Below the pieces are notes generated by a model that was given only the letters and a program-made list of their open reading frames with translations, was not told the DNA's origin and searched no databases. A DNA stretch of 63,109 nt, filler included, from Globobulimina sp. (Eukaryota): assembly GCA_003354225.1 (NCBI GenBank). It is 27 parts of 27 records of this genome, joined end to end, with 100 filler letters (N's around TTAATTAATTAA, not from the genome) between each part and the next. Parts side by side here need not be neighbours in the genome. Positions count along the whole stretch, not along the records: positions 37,466 to 39,706 come from PIVH01007952.1; positions 39,807 to 42,047 come from PIVH01007953.1; positions 42,148 to 44,388 come from PIVH01007954.1; positions 44,489 to 46,729 come from PIVH01007955.1; positions 46,830 to 49,069 come from PIVH01007956.1; positions 49,170 to 51,409 come from PIVH01007957.1; 21 more parts are not named here. One strand, written 5' to 3'. Both the position numbers and the translations under genes were made by a program. Positions 38,050 to 50,382 of this stretch are shown one piece after another (the first letter of the stretch is position 1; each line of letters begins with the position of its first letter).

Positions 38050-39706
38050 ATGTCAACGACATTGGCATTGAAAGGCAAAACAAAATACGAAACTGGTCAC
38101 ATCCAATTAACATCAACGAGCGAACTGAAGGTATATATAATATATCTATGTATATATGCATATACTAAATACAAAACACGCAATAAAACCATTGATCATA
38201 TCAAAAGACATCAGATTCCTATTCATCAATCACAGCCATTGACAACGTTAACATCAGCATATCACCAGAACATTTAAGAAAAGTATTTGACAAATTCGAT
38301 TACAGCCAAACTGGTACATTAGATTTATGTGAATTTTCTTCCGCATGCTACTGCATCATCGGTAAAAAAAAATTATGCGCCCTTGACATAAACCAAATAT
38401 TCAACACAATCGATACTGATACTAACAATGTAATAACATTTGATGAATTTTGTGAATTTATAGAACCATCAAAGAATATCACAAACAACAGTAACATCAC
38501 AAAGTATCCCTCACCAAAGCCACCAGCTTCTAAGTTCAACGATGACTACATTTCAAGTTTCTGGGCTCGCGATCTGGGCACATCACTAATTTCGGGCAAT
38601 AATGGAATGAATGCTTACGTAAAATGGAGGTTTACAGAACATGCTCGCAAACACATCAGTTATGGCTCCAAAATCATTGAAATAAACAGCAAAAACATGG
38701 ATGGATTGTTGTTTGATGAAATCATCGATTTTTTGAATATTGTCATTATTGCAACAGAAGGCTTCAAAGTAAAATTCAGACCGTCCAAAAAATTGCAACA
38801 GGATAGATATTTTCCAACAGATTTCCGAACTTTCAAAGATGATAACATCAAAGATTGCGAGTTATTAAAACCGCAGTTCGATAAGAAAAGAAAACGACGA
38901 CATTCGTTGAAGAAATTGCTAACATCGCATAAAAACATTCAAGTCGATGCATCCATGCTGTCTTCGGACGGCTGTTCCATTACAACCACCTCAATGCACT
39001 CTGAAATAGCACCGTCATCGCAGGGAAACAATCATTTAAATGGCCAGTATATGAAACCTAATATTAATATATACGAAGTGTTTGAAAATTGTAAAACGCC
39101 AAATTGCTGGTTTAAATTTCCAAAGATAGTGTTGACACTGTTTTGTATTCCTAAAATTAATTCGATTTCACAGTTTAAAAAATATGGATCGCATTGTCGA
39201 CATTGTCCAAAAAAGGCAAAACAATGTCGATTAATGTTACATAATATATTAGGTACGTTTTTTGTTCATATTTTAATAGATTGGGAATATACTTTTTATA
39301 TATTTACAGATAATGAGAAATACAGCAAGTTATCGTATGCAATCCAGATATTTATAATGTCAATGATATTAATTTCAACATTAAGTTACGTCATTGAAAC
39401 ATTGCCGATATTGAATAATAACCCAAAAGCAAAGGAAATATTTAATTGGATCGAATCAAGTGTGTCAATAATATTTACTTTGGAATATTTATTACGAATC
39501 ATAGCATCAAGGAATCTCTGTGTCTTTTTCTGGGACGGATTAAACTTAATTGATTTCGTAGCAATTATACCATTTTGGATTGAATTAGTCTCAGCAACTA
39601 AAAGCAGCAATGCTTTGCGGGTGATACGCGTTATTCGCTTAGCGCGAGTTTTCAGGCTAATGAAATCGCCGCGTTTTGCTGAATATATGGACATTTTGCA
39701 ACGGAC
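38050..39706 (+). CDS. Voltage-gated K+ channel with N-terminal EF-hand pair and PDZ-like domain, 3' partial; introns about 38131-38207 and 39253-39309
   Basis: DYSQTGTLDLCE and DTDTNNVITFDE; FWARDLGTSLISGNNGMNAYV...GSKIIEIN; S1-S4 including NLIDFVAIIPFW and LRVIRVIRLARVFRLMK. Confidence 0.85.
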
Positions 39707-39806
39707 NNNNNNNNNNNNNNNNNNNNNNNNNNNNNNNNNNNNNNNNNNNNTTAATTAATTAANNNNNNNNNNNNNNNNNNNNNNNNNNNNNNNNNNNNNN
39801 NNNNNN

Positions 39807-40089
39807 AAGTGATACCATTCAACACCAAATCATCACTGCGTTCAAATTGAGTCGGTTCCAATGATTCGAACTTATTTTGTATACAGTTAAATTGTTATAA
39901 AAATTGGTACGTCATTTGATTTATCCGTCGGGTAATACTTACCTTTCCTGTTTTTAATAAATTGAACAATGTAGATTTGCCGGCGTTATCTAACCCTAAA
40001 AATAGTATTGTTCCGCTGCTGTTGCCAAAATATTGTCCGATATTAAAATAGTCTAACATTTGACTGACATAATCCCACAAAAATGCCAT
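39807..40089 (-). CDS. SAR1: SAR1 GTPase N-terminus, 3' partial
   Basis: MAFLWDYVSQMLDYF...ILFLGLDNAGKSTLFNLLK, intron, then EPTQ. Confidence 0.85.
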
Positions 40090-40153
40090 TTTAGTTATAT
40101 GCTCGCTCGTTTTGTATGTTGCAGAAATGTGGGTCACTTGGGGGTTTTTGAGT

Positions 40154-41715
40154 ATGTTGTGGGTTGTACCATTTGCGTTTGTGCTAACTGTAGCAAATCT
40201 TGTTGATCTAAATCACAATTCATATTTGCGGTTATTATCGGAATTCGAGTACGCATTCATCTATTTTTATTCACCAGTTCAGATACATTCTTATTTAAAT
40301 ACATTCACTCGTTTATTTCTACATATATTTAACAAAAGTATGTTGTACATCATGTCAGTATCAACAACGAATTTAAAATGTTGGCACGTCACTTCCCGGA
40401 CGCATATCCTTCTGCGAATGTTGGATTTGGCAAAGTCCAATGCTTAATTGAATACATATTGTGCTCTGATCTCAATCTGGATGGATTTCCATTATTCATT
40501 TTATATTCATCGAAAGAACCATTGCTATATAGAAAAGCGCGCAGATTCCAATCTATGATGAAATTCATTGCGAGCAAAATCGACAATAATTTGAAAACAA
40601 TAACTCCAAATTCCGATATTATGGACACGGACTTTGTTAGCAAACATGTTCACGCATTGATTGGATACCATCTGTCACCAAAAAATGTGCTCATTTTACA
40701 GGACGTATTGCATCACCATTCATATGATGTAGAATTCGCAATATTCCATGATGGGCAACACAGAGAAGACGCAGACAGCGATCAAACATTGGTATTCTAT
40801 AAAAACGGAGAAGAATGGTTGTCAATGAAAGAAAATCATGACACAAACCCATTTAGCAGCAAATCTATAAATGCATTGATCGAATATGGATTGTTACCAA
40901 ACGTTGAAGAACTAACACCTGCGAATTATGTGAAATATATACATTCCGATGTGGCAATATTTTGGTTGTGGGTGGATATCGATCATAAATCAGTGAACAA
41001 GCCAATATTCTCCATTCTTAATGATCTGATGTCGTATCGGAGAGTGGCGAAACTTGAGCCATTTGGATGTGTTTATTCCGATTCATATAAATTTAAAACG
41101 CATTTGCATTCATTGGATTTGGTTGAAACCAATTCATTCCCGCAAGCTTTGTTTATTTATGATGGGAAAAAATATCATTATCCACATAACCATGACAATG
41201 ACTTCTCATTTGATAAATTATTGACGTTTCTAGAATCGATAATGGATACGGATTATAACGAAAAACGAAACAGAAATATAGTTTTTGGAACGCGTTCAAT
41301 ATCCTCAAAATATGGAAATCCAATGAGTGCGCCAATAGATTCTGCAAAAGATGCAGTGTATGCAATAAACACAGAGTATCACGATCATGTCGCATATAAT
41401 GCAAATATGGCAGTGGTTATACAATATTACGCTCGATGGAGTGAGCGATGCAAAGAGTTTGCCAGAGATTACAGGAAAATTGGCTCACATTTTTTTAACA
41501 CCACTGACGTAGTGATAGCCAAACTAAACATCGTGCATAACGATCCACCATTTTATATCTCGCAATTACCGAAAATTGTGCTATATTATAAAGGTGACGG
41601 GGACCAATATTTGTCGTATAATGGCATTATGCATTCGATATTAATAATTGAGTGGATCAACAAACACAAAGATAGTTTTCAACACAGTTCGAAAATAAAA
41701 CTTCACTTTGATTGA
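40154..41715 (+). CDS. PDI/thioredoxin-fold ER protein lacking canonical CxxC; intron about 40277-40338
   Basis: Signal peptide; Trx-like a domain FIYFYSP/YVVHH; a' domain VIQYYARWSERCKEF...VVIAKLNIVHND. Confidence 0.7.
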
Positions 41716-42869
41716 ATGAAACAAGTACACAAGATTTACTCTGTTTGATTTATATTTGAATTATTTTCATCCATACTTTGAAGCAACGCTTGTTGTAACT
41801 CCTCGTTAAATGCATCATCCTCATCATCCATGAAATGAATAGCATCGATATCCGAATCCGTGACAGATTGATCATGATCATTATCATTATTATCGTTGTT
41901 GTTATTTATTTGCTGATAATATGTGGCTCGATATTGCTCATACCAATGATAGTGATAATACATAGAAATATAATTCTTTAATTTTCGCAATAAATACATG
42001 AGTAACATTGGATATAAATCAATCCACATCGAGGCAGTCTGTGTTTGNNNNNNNNNNNNNNNNNNNNNNNNNNNNNNNNNNNNNNNNNNNNTTAATTAAT
42101 TAANNNNNNNNNNNNNNNNNNNNNNNNNNNNNNNNNNNNNNNNNNNNCCTTTTCTGTACATATTTATTAAAAAAGCGCCTTGAATGGCGATACCGGGCAT
42201 TGCTGAAAAGACTTCTGAGGTTTCTGGACATGCTTCAACTAATTGTTCGACGATTTGGATTTGTTTGTCTTTTTTTAATAATATACACACGGTACTTCTC
42301 AAAATATCTACTTCAGCTTCACTCAATGCATCCACTTCTGCACCGTTCATATTCATCATGATATATAATTGTTTGTATGTTCTGGTTTAATTATTAATGA
42401 GAAGGTAAGAAAATTAATAAAATAATTTGTTTTTCATGACGTCATATAATTTGCTATTATGATCATTCAAATAATTCATCTTTTATTAATGAGTGTTTCT
42501 GCTGAACTTATTTAAACATGTTTGTGTTGAACCAGTTGTGTGCACTTTGCGAAAGTCTCGGATATTTTGTCGATATTGTTGCCATTTGAAAAAGTTTTTG
42601 CTCCACTTCGGATTATTGCTTTAGAAAAAAAAATCATTTTATAATTGCCTTTTTATAAAACAAATTGGACACACTATCCTTGCGCAAGCTCTTTTAAATT
42701 TGTATAATGGTAAAATCAAACTTAATAAAATTTAAACATTCCATACATGCAAAAACAATAAAATTCCATACATGCAAAAAATTAAACATTTCATACATAA
42801 AAATTAATTAAACAATATTGAAAATCAAGACGTGTCCTTTTAAAACAATATTTCGATCACACATTCATT

Positions 42870-43408
42870 TCATGCATACACTTGAGAAGACACTGTTTTT
42901 TTACCCTTCTTTTTTTTCTTCTTTTTTGGTAGCAGATTCGGATGAATATTGCGACAGACCCCGGCCTTCGGGAATATTACAGCGGCACACAATTTATCCA
43001 AATCATCATCGTTTCTAATGCCTGCATGAAAAAAAAATGTTTTTTTATATTTTTTTTTGAAAGTATATAATAAACATTTGACAAACCCAACATTACATGA
43101 CGAGGTGTTATGGTCATGGTTTTATGGTCTTTAGCGGCGTTGCCTGCTAACTCCATAACTTCTGCAACTGTGTGTTATTGAAATGTATACATTTACTTTT
43201 AATTTGAATTAAGTATTTTATTCATGCCTAAATATTCCAGGACAGCTGCTAAAAATATAGGAGCTGTGTTTCTTACACCCGGTGCGAATTGGCCATCTTT
43301 CATATATCGCTTAATTCTACGGATAGGCATTACTAACGAAGCTCTTTTGTTCATTGATACTTTCGGTGTACTTTTCCTTCTTTGTTTGCCTCCTTTTTTA
43401 GCAGGCAT
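42870..43408 (-). CDS. H2A: Divergent histone H2A; introns 43227-43168 (GC-AG) and 43086-43022
   Basis: RASLVMPIRRIKRYMK...APIFLAAVLEYL/VAEVMELAGNAAKD...ITPRHVMLG/IRNDDDL...IHPNLLPKK...SSQVYA. Confidence 0.92.
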
Positions 43409-43869
43409 TTTATATGAAATTTATATATATGTTTCAATGGTTGATTGGTTTGAGTTGTGGGCTTATCTCAATCCGAGAACGACAGTATGAGTAAAGTTTG
43501 TAGAGGAAAGATTTTTTGATGAAACATAAAAAAACTCGAGCTAAAGCTGGATAAGAGCATGTGCATTTTCATTACGTGAGTGCAGTCATATTTAATTTGC
43601 AACAATGAGTAAAAAAACATCAGGCTCAAGGAAGAATAAAAATGCATCGGCGAATAAAATTAAACAAATACGAAACTGCACCCATATGGCAGTCACTCAT
43701 TTGGCAGAGAAATTAAAACCAATTACACCCCAACTTGAATTATTGCATGATATGTGTTTTCATTTTATGAGTTTAGTACTGGTTTCATGTCTCAACATCG
43801 CAAAATCGCAACAAAACAAACAAAATAACATATAGAAAATCGACAATTTGACATATTTGAATTATTAAC

Positions 43870-44388
43870 AGCCTCCGCCACCAACCCCGAACCCGCACCA
43901 ATTGGAGAGATTGGTGTATCATACATCGACCTGAAAAATGAAAAACCTCCCGAACACTATGAAATATTAAAGAAATCAGTGTCTGGCAAAGATGGCGATT
44001 TAGCAAAACACGGCAACAGGAAAACGTATCTATACTTTCGCCGATCCACTGAACAAAAACCCATCACCGCTCTCACCCTCATCTCGCCCGACAACGGCGA
44101 AGAAGTTTTGTACATATTTCAGCTTCAACTAAAACTCTGAAACCATAGAAACTCTGAAAACAACCCCCTCCTTACAGCCACCTTTGGGATTCGAAATCAT
44201 TTTACGTACTCCAGGCTCCCGCGACGCAAACTTGACTCATCGCGGCCGCCATTCCCTATTCGTCTGCGTCCACCGTGGCGACGGTCCGCCCATCACTCGT
44301 TTGGGTGTGGTCCACATCAAAAAGGAGAAAGTGCCCGTGGGCTGGCCCCACATTCAGCGCACTCCCAACGGCAAGAAGACAGAGTTGG
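43870..44388 (+). CDS. MABP (MVB12-associated beta-prism) domain protein, partial
   Basis: Three repeats: APIGEIGV..EKPPEHYEILKKSVSGKDGDL; KPITALTLI..PPLGFEIILRTPGSRDANL; PPITRLGVV..EKVPVGW. Confidence 0.75.
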
Positions 44389-44513
44389 NNNNNNNNNNNN
44401 NNNNNNNNNNNNNNNNNNNNNNNNNNNNNNNNTTAATTAATTAANNNNNNNNNNNNNNNNNNNNNNNNNNNNNNNNNNNNNNNNNNNNAACCAAGCAGTC
44501 CACACTAAATCAC

Positions 44514-45650
44514 TTATAAGTTGTCATGTGCACAAGAATTATTTGTCTCAATCGCAACACCAATATCTTTTGCATTGTTTTGTTCATCATTACTTTTATG
44601 ACCATGCTCAACCAGTATTGTGTCATTTATCTCATCCAACATATCCTCCATCTCATCATCTTCGAATTGATCAATTTTTTCTTGATATCCATCTTCTAAT
44701 TCATCCGCAAATTCCCACAGCGGTCCTTTCGAATCTTTCCATTTAACCAAATATTGCAATCTTGTATTCTCATCAAATGGAATCCCATCATCTCCGGGCA
44801 ACCAATCACTTCGTCGCCCAATTATTCCTTCCATAATACGTCTCGAATTACCACCATTATCACCATCATATTCATCCATATTGAAATCCTCATCATCCTC
44901 ATCCTCATCATCCTCATCATCCTCATTTATATCATTGAAATGCATCAAATTATTACCTCCATTTTGTTGCTCATTGCCAGTGTTTATCTCCTTCGTTTTA
45001 TCCAAATTATTTCGTTTCTCGTTCCTTTTTGCTCTCAATTTATCAGCAATAGTAGCTGGAGAATCTGCGGTTGATGGACTCCCGCCATATTTTACATCAT
45101 CGTCTTGTAAGAATCCGCCATATTTATCATTATCATTGCTAGGTTTCGCATTGTGTGCCGTTGGTATTATGGAGGCCTGATATCTGTCACCGACGCGAGA
45201 CGATCTTTGTATGATTTGTCTGTAATATTTCTCCGCTGCTTTGTCTTTTTTATGTTCGTGTTCATCGCTATGCGCAGTTACATTAATTGGTGGGTTTGAA
45301 TGGATAGTGGCGGTGGTCGACAGTCTATCCATTGTAGTCGAATTATTTGTAGATGCAATTGATGGCGCTGCGAAATAAGACGTGTGGTTAATATCTGTTG
45401 TCACATTCACATTATTATTGTGCGTTGCGTGCAAGGATGACAATTGATGTTGGTTTTGGTTTTGATTTTGTTTTAATTTGAATAAAAATTCCATATCTTC
45501 CTTAGTAATCTCTGAATCATCCTTTGCATCCAATTTCTGCCTCTTTGTATTGGGCAATAATGGTTCATTTGTTACGTTCATCTCAGTAAAAGATCGTTTA
45601 TTTTGATAGTTGTCATCAATACCATTAGTTTGCTCTGTTGCCATGATCAC
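44514..45650 (-). CDS. Nuclear protein with an ELM2-like motif and a chromodomain
   Basis: NLS TKRQK; SRVGDRYQASIIP (ELM2); MEGIIGRR...QYLVKWKDSKGPLWEFADEL (chromo). Confidence 0.65.
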   Translation of the reverse strand: MIMATEQTNGIDDNYQNKRSFTEMNVTNEPLLPNTKRQKLDAKDDSEITKEDMEFLFKLKQNQNQNQHQLSSLHATHNNNVNVTTDINHTSYFAAPSIASTNNSTTMDRLSTTATIHSNPPINVTAHSDEHEHKKDKAAEKYYRQIIQRSSRVGDRYQASIIPTAHNAKPSNDNDKYGGFLQDDDVKYGGSPSTADSPATIADKLRAKRNEKRNNLDKTKEINTGNEQQNGGNNLMHFNDINEDDEDDEDEDDEDFNMDEYDGDNGGNSRRIMEGIIGRRSDWLPGDDGIPFDENTRLQYLVKWKDSKGPLWEFADELEDGYQEKIDQFEDDEMEDMLDEINDTILVEHGHKSNDEQNNAKDIGVAIETNNSCAHDNL

Positions 45651-45941
45651 TTTTAATAAACTTTAAAGTTTTTATCCTTTTAACCACACATTTTACTCAC
45701 TTCAATCCTTCACTGCTATTCGTCTTCAATTTTCTTTGCTTTGTTTGAATCATTAACTCTTTTTTTTTTTACACATAATAAAAAAAAAAGTGGTTAATTA
45801 AGTAAATTATCAATTTTAAATCTACTCTGAATGACGTTGGACTCATTGGACTTACATTTAAATTGACTCTCGACATTTCTGACGCCAATTATAAAATATT
45901 TATCACTCATTTTATGGTTTTTATTCTTTGTTAAATTTGGA

Positions 45942-46729
45942 ATGGACCAAATCAAAAATAATGTGAATCATAATGGACAAACTGCATCATCCACCATTCA
46001 ATCTGCCATCGACGAACTAAACTCATTCCCATCCACCAACAACCGCATCCATAGCCATACGTCATCCAAATCGAAATCCAAATCCATCTCAACCAGCACC
46101 AAAGCCTCCAATGCCTCGAGCAACAGCAACAGCAACACCTCAACTAGTTCGACCTTATCCTCTATAGACTCGACGCTCAACGCATTGGACCAACAGTTCC
46201 CATTCTCGCACGATGCCAGACGGCAGCCGCACCCATCGAGTCTCACCTCCAATGCCAGCGCCTCCACACAGGCGAAAAACGACGCATTGGCGCGACAATT
46301 AGGCTCATTCAGCTCTGCCTCGCTCGCCAACCCTTTGTCGCCCGGTCTCAGCCATCCCTACAACCCCTTGACCCATTGGGGCGGCGTCGGGTTGCGTAAT
46401 CCCTACGTTCCCTATGGCGCTGCCCGGAGCGCCACGAAAGCCGCCGGCTCTGCCAAAGATAGCAGTAATCCACGCAAGAAGTCCTACGAAGACAAGATGG
46501 ATAAACAGCGCTTGGAACATATATTGTTCTCTGGCGATAATCTGACTGGAGCTCTCAATCAGGTATAAATGCTCAATCTGTATACCAATTCTCTCATTTC
46601 CAAGATACGCAAAATCGAAATAAACAAAAACAATGCATACAATCTGTCCATTCTTGTCCAGCATGTCTTGCTTAAACAGACCAAGCAGCGGATGCGGTAA
46701 ATTTGGCAAAAAAAGAACCAGAACAAAAG
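45942..46729 (+). CDS. Ser-rich low-complexity hypothetical protein, 3' partial
   Basis: 208-aa open frame ending at a GT donor; divergent from the chromo gene. Confidence 0.5.
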
Positions 46730-46829
46730 NNNNNNNNNNNNNNNNNNNNNNNNNNNNNNNNNNNNNNNNNNNNTTAATTAATTAANNNNNNNNNNNNNNN
46801 NNNNNNNNNNNNNNNNNNNNNNNNNNNNN

Positions 46830-48993
46830 CCGATATTTATAACTTTGTACAAGTCCTGTAACTCGTGTTCTAAATATGATCTCTGGTCGTCTCAACGGAT
46901 AATCTGGATCATATTTGGATCATAACAGTATATTTATGGATTCAATGGACTGGTTGATTTGGTACATTATCCATTTCTTTAATATATCATCTTATCAGGC
47001 AAGAATACTAAATAACAAGAATATGTAACCAAGCTGAAAACCTTGTTCAGTTTGTATTGACTATTGATTGAGCAGGAAAGCTCTTAGTATGTTGTTCCTG
47101 ATGTATTAAACTATTCCAATTATCCTTGCACTTCAATGACTTCATACCTATTTATTCAGAGCAAAAAAAGTTGCAGCAATTCAGAGCAAAAATTGGATTA
47201 AAACAAGAGAATTATAAACAACTTCCTTGCAACAAGTTTATAGTATAATTGTTTCTTTTTCTTTCTTTTTCTATTGTACAAATTGTGAGTTATCCCACCA
47301 CCTTTAATCCAAATCATTTTCCCAATTCCTTTCTCAATTTAATTCCAATTAATTTTCTCAATCCATTTATTTCTCCAAATTCATGTTCTCAATTTATTTC
47401 TAATTAATTCATTTATTTGACTAGGTTTGTCGGGGTCGCCTCAGGCTTTGAACCTGAATCTTCTGGATATATCTATCCAGTGCTCTACTTGAGCTAGGCG
47501 ATAGTTTTAAAATCATCCATAAATCGTATTTTATAAATAATAGATGCGTTGAATCTAAAATTGTTAGTCGCCGTGCTTTCGCCTTTATTGTCCATTGCGT
47601 TTTATTTCTAGCTATTACAAACATTAATGAAATGGAATTTGCTTAAAATTGGCAAACAGACTAATTAGCACATCAGGAACAACATACTAAGAGCTTTCCT
47701 GCTCAATCAATAAAAAATTGCGACAACTATCACAAAAATTGTCGACCAATTAAATAAAAATGAAAAATAAAGAATAAAACACGACAATGATAAATAAAAA
47801 TAAAACCTAATATCCACCACACTTCTACAGCATCGTTACGAACGGTTCGTACTTTTCGCCGGGTCTAAATTTTAATAATTCTTTTTTCTCCCAATCTCTT
47901 CACCAGCTTTCGAATGATTTTCTTGGTAATTTGAAATCTAATAAATTTGTATTCAATTCTTCTTTGTTTTCATCCAATAATTTCGAAATATCTTCTAAGT
48001 TTTCCATCTAACTAAGAAGTTTTCACTAAGAAAATTTTTCAAGAAAGTTTTCACTAAGAAGTTTTTCAAAAACCATAAGTTGGGCATTTTTAGTTTTGAT
48101 TTTGAGAAATAAATACAGTGAAGTAAGCTTAAAATGTCGTTTTTTCGTAGCGTTTAGTTTTCTATCTACTAAAATGTTTTCTCAAAAGGATCGAGTTATA
48201 TATGAGTTTGTAACAAAGACTTTTAATAAATAAATATATATATACCAGTCTTTACATTTATATATGAATGTCAAGAGATGCTACGGTTGCACCTGGTGCT
48301 GTTCTATGATCGATGTCTTCCGAGACGGAGGCGGTCCTTGTGTAATGCTATAATCAGCAACCTGTATGGTGTTCCTAGCGTTAATCATTTGGTTTCAAAC
48401 ATAAATATTACATAACATTCATACACCAAGTATACGGAGAAATATTATTGAAACCGCTGAATCAACTGTTTTTTGTTTTTAAATGTATTTTTTTTGGTTA
48501 TTATGCAACAAATTTGGAAATAACTAGTGTGAATTAATTTGGAAATAACATTTTTAGATATATTGTTAAGTTTGCCGATATTTATAACTTTGTACAAGTC
48601 CTGTAACTCGTGTTCTAAATATGATCTCTGGTCCTCTCAACGGATAATCTGGATCATATTTGGATCATAACAGTATATTTATGGATTCAATGGACTGGTT
48701 GATTTGGTACATTATCCATTTCTTTAATATATCATCTTATCAGGAACACCACTGTAGAAAAATGTTATGACAAGGCTAGAAAAAATTTATTACCTAAAAG
48801 ACTGTGTAGTGTGAATTAGTTGAAACTTGATTTATTAATTTCACTGAGCTTTCTGCTGTCTTAAAGAAGCTATTGTCAAAGTGTTTAATTGAAGACTGTA
48901 AAAACTACAAACAATCAAAACAACACACAACAAAAAGAAAACAAACACACGTAAAAAATTGCGACAACTATCACAAAAATTGTCGACCAATTA
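46830..48993. repeat. Split direct repeats: A (170 bp; 46830-46999 and 48575-48744) and B (42 bp; 47711-47752 and 48952-48993)
   Basis: A copies differ at one position that I can see; B copies are identical. Confidence 0.9.
47062..47712. mobile_element. 651-bp element bounded by perfect 43-bp inverted repeats (MITE-like or amplification inversion)
   Basis: 47062-47104 is the exact reverse complement of 47670-47712; both ends are TA. Confidence 0.65.
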
Positions 48994-49386
48994 TTACATT
49001 TTCAGTTTTTATAACAACAAGTTGTACGAAATTTCATATACAATTCTAAATATAACTTTTTTGTTTGAANNNNNNNNNNNNNNNNNNNNNNNNNNNNNNN
49101 NNNNNNNNNNNNNTTAATTAATTAANNNNNNNNNNNNNNNNNNNNNNNNNNNNNNNNNNNNNNNNNNNNCAGTTGATTATAAAGCCAATTTGTCTCTCAT
49201 TGACGTCGGGCGTATATAAGATAACACAGTGAGTGGTAGTTTATAAGATTTATTTGAAATAAATGATATTTTACAAAATTACAAACCAATATTAGATACA
49301 AAAAATACGAAGGTTGACTGGTTGAGAAACAAAAAAAGAGAGAGGAGAAACAAAAAGAGAGAGAAACAACAATAAAAATACTTAGA

Positions 49387-50253
49387 TTACACATAATCAA
49401 CAACAACATTTTCATCGGAAGCAAGTTCGACAGAAGCACCATTATATGAATTAAATCTATTCACATCGACAGAGGCACCAACTTTTGCACCTAAATATTG
49501 ATCATTATCAAGATCCTCATTGTCATCACCTATTATCCGTTTATTTTTTGATGATGCAAGCATATTGTTTTTAGGCTTCCAAGTATCACTTCGTTTTAAA
49601 TAAAAATCATAATTTATATTAATCTTAATATTATTTTCTGCGACGAGTCCATCCGAGAAATCAACATATGTAATACCGAAAAATCCATCTGATTCTCGAT
49701 TGGAAAACCAATATAATGAGATCTCCTCCAATATACTTTGCATTGACTCCTTATTCTCTGGTAATACCTCACCGACATGTTTCAACAGCAATGACTCTTC
49801 GCGTCGCGCTAAAAATAGCATGTGATTTGTTTTAAAATGAACTGCAATGCCTCGAAATTGTGAATATGAGGATATTATTTTATGTGTTGACTTCATGCAT
49901 CCACCTAATCGCGTTGAGATAAGTACAACTTCGCGGTCATTTCCATCAAATACTATATAAACACGACCCATTCGATATAGATTAAAAAAAAAAGGTCTCC
50001 CATTTGGTAATATGTTAAAAATAATAATAATTAATGCACCAATAATCACATTATATATAAGTTTTGTGGCGAATAATGCTTGACCGGAAGCAATAAATAT
50101 AAGGCCAATAAGTGTGAATATTATTTGGATCACTGCGTACATTCCACATCGACGAAATCCATATAATTCATAGGTTGTTTGTTTATTAGTTGGTTCAAAG
50201 GAACCTCCTAAACACATTATTAAGGTTTCAGATTTGAAAGTTGAAAACTCCAA
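49387..50253 (-). CDS. Hypothetical protein with two TM segments
   Basis: 288-aa ORF with a hydrophobic hairpin near the N-terminus. Confidence 0.55.
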   Translation of the reverse strand: MEFSTFKSETLIMCLGGSFEPTNKQTTYELYGFRRCGMYAVIQIIFTLIGLIFIASGQALFATKLIYNVIIGALIIIIFNILPNGRPFFFNLYRMGRVYIVFDGNDREVVLISTRLGGCMKSTHKIISSYSQFRGIAVHFKTNHMLFLARREESLLLKHVGEVLPENKESMQSILEEISLYWFSNRESDGFFGITYVDFSDGLVAENNIKININYDFYLKRSDTWKPKNNMLASSKNKRIIGDDNEDLDNDQYLGAKVGASVDVNRFNSYNGASVELASDENVVVDYV

Positions 50254-50382
50254 AGTTTCAAAGTAAAAAAAGATTTTGAAAATATGCGAATGAATGATAG
50301 TATGTACAGTAAAATATGGTTATTAACATGGAAATATGGTTATTAACATGTACAAGAATAACAAGATTTGTATATTTCCACT

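Noticed and set aside
42730-42810. Short tandem repeat (AAACATTCCATACATGCAAAAA-like, about 3 copies) after H2A
   Set aside because: Ordinary AT-rich minisatellite; no histone stem-loop is evident
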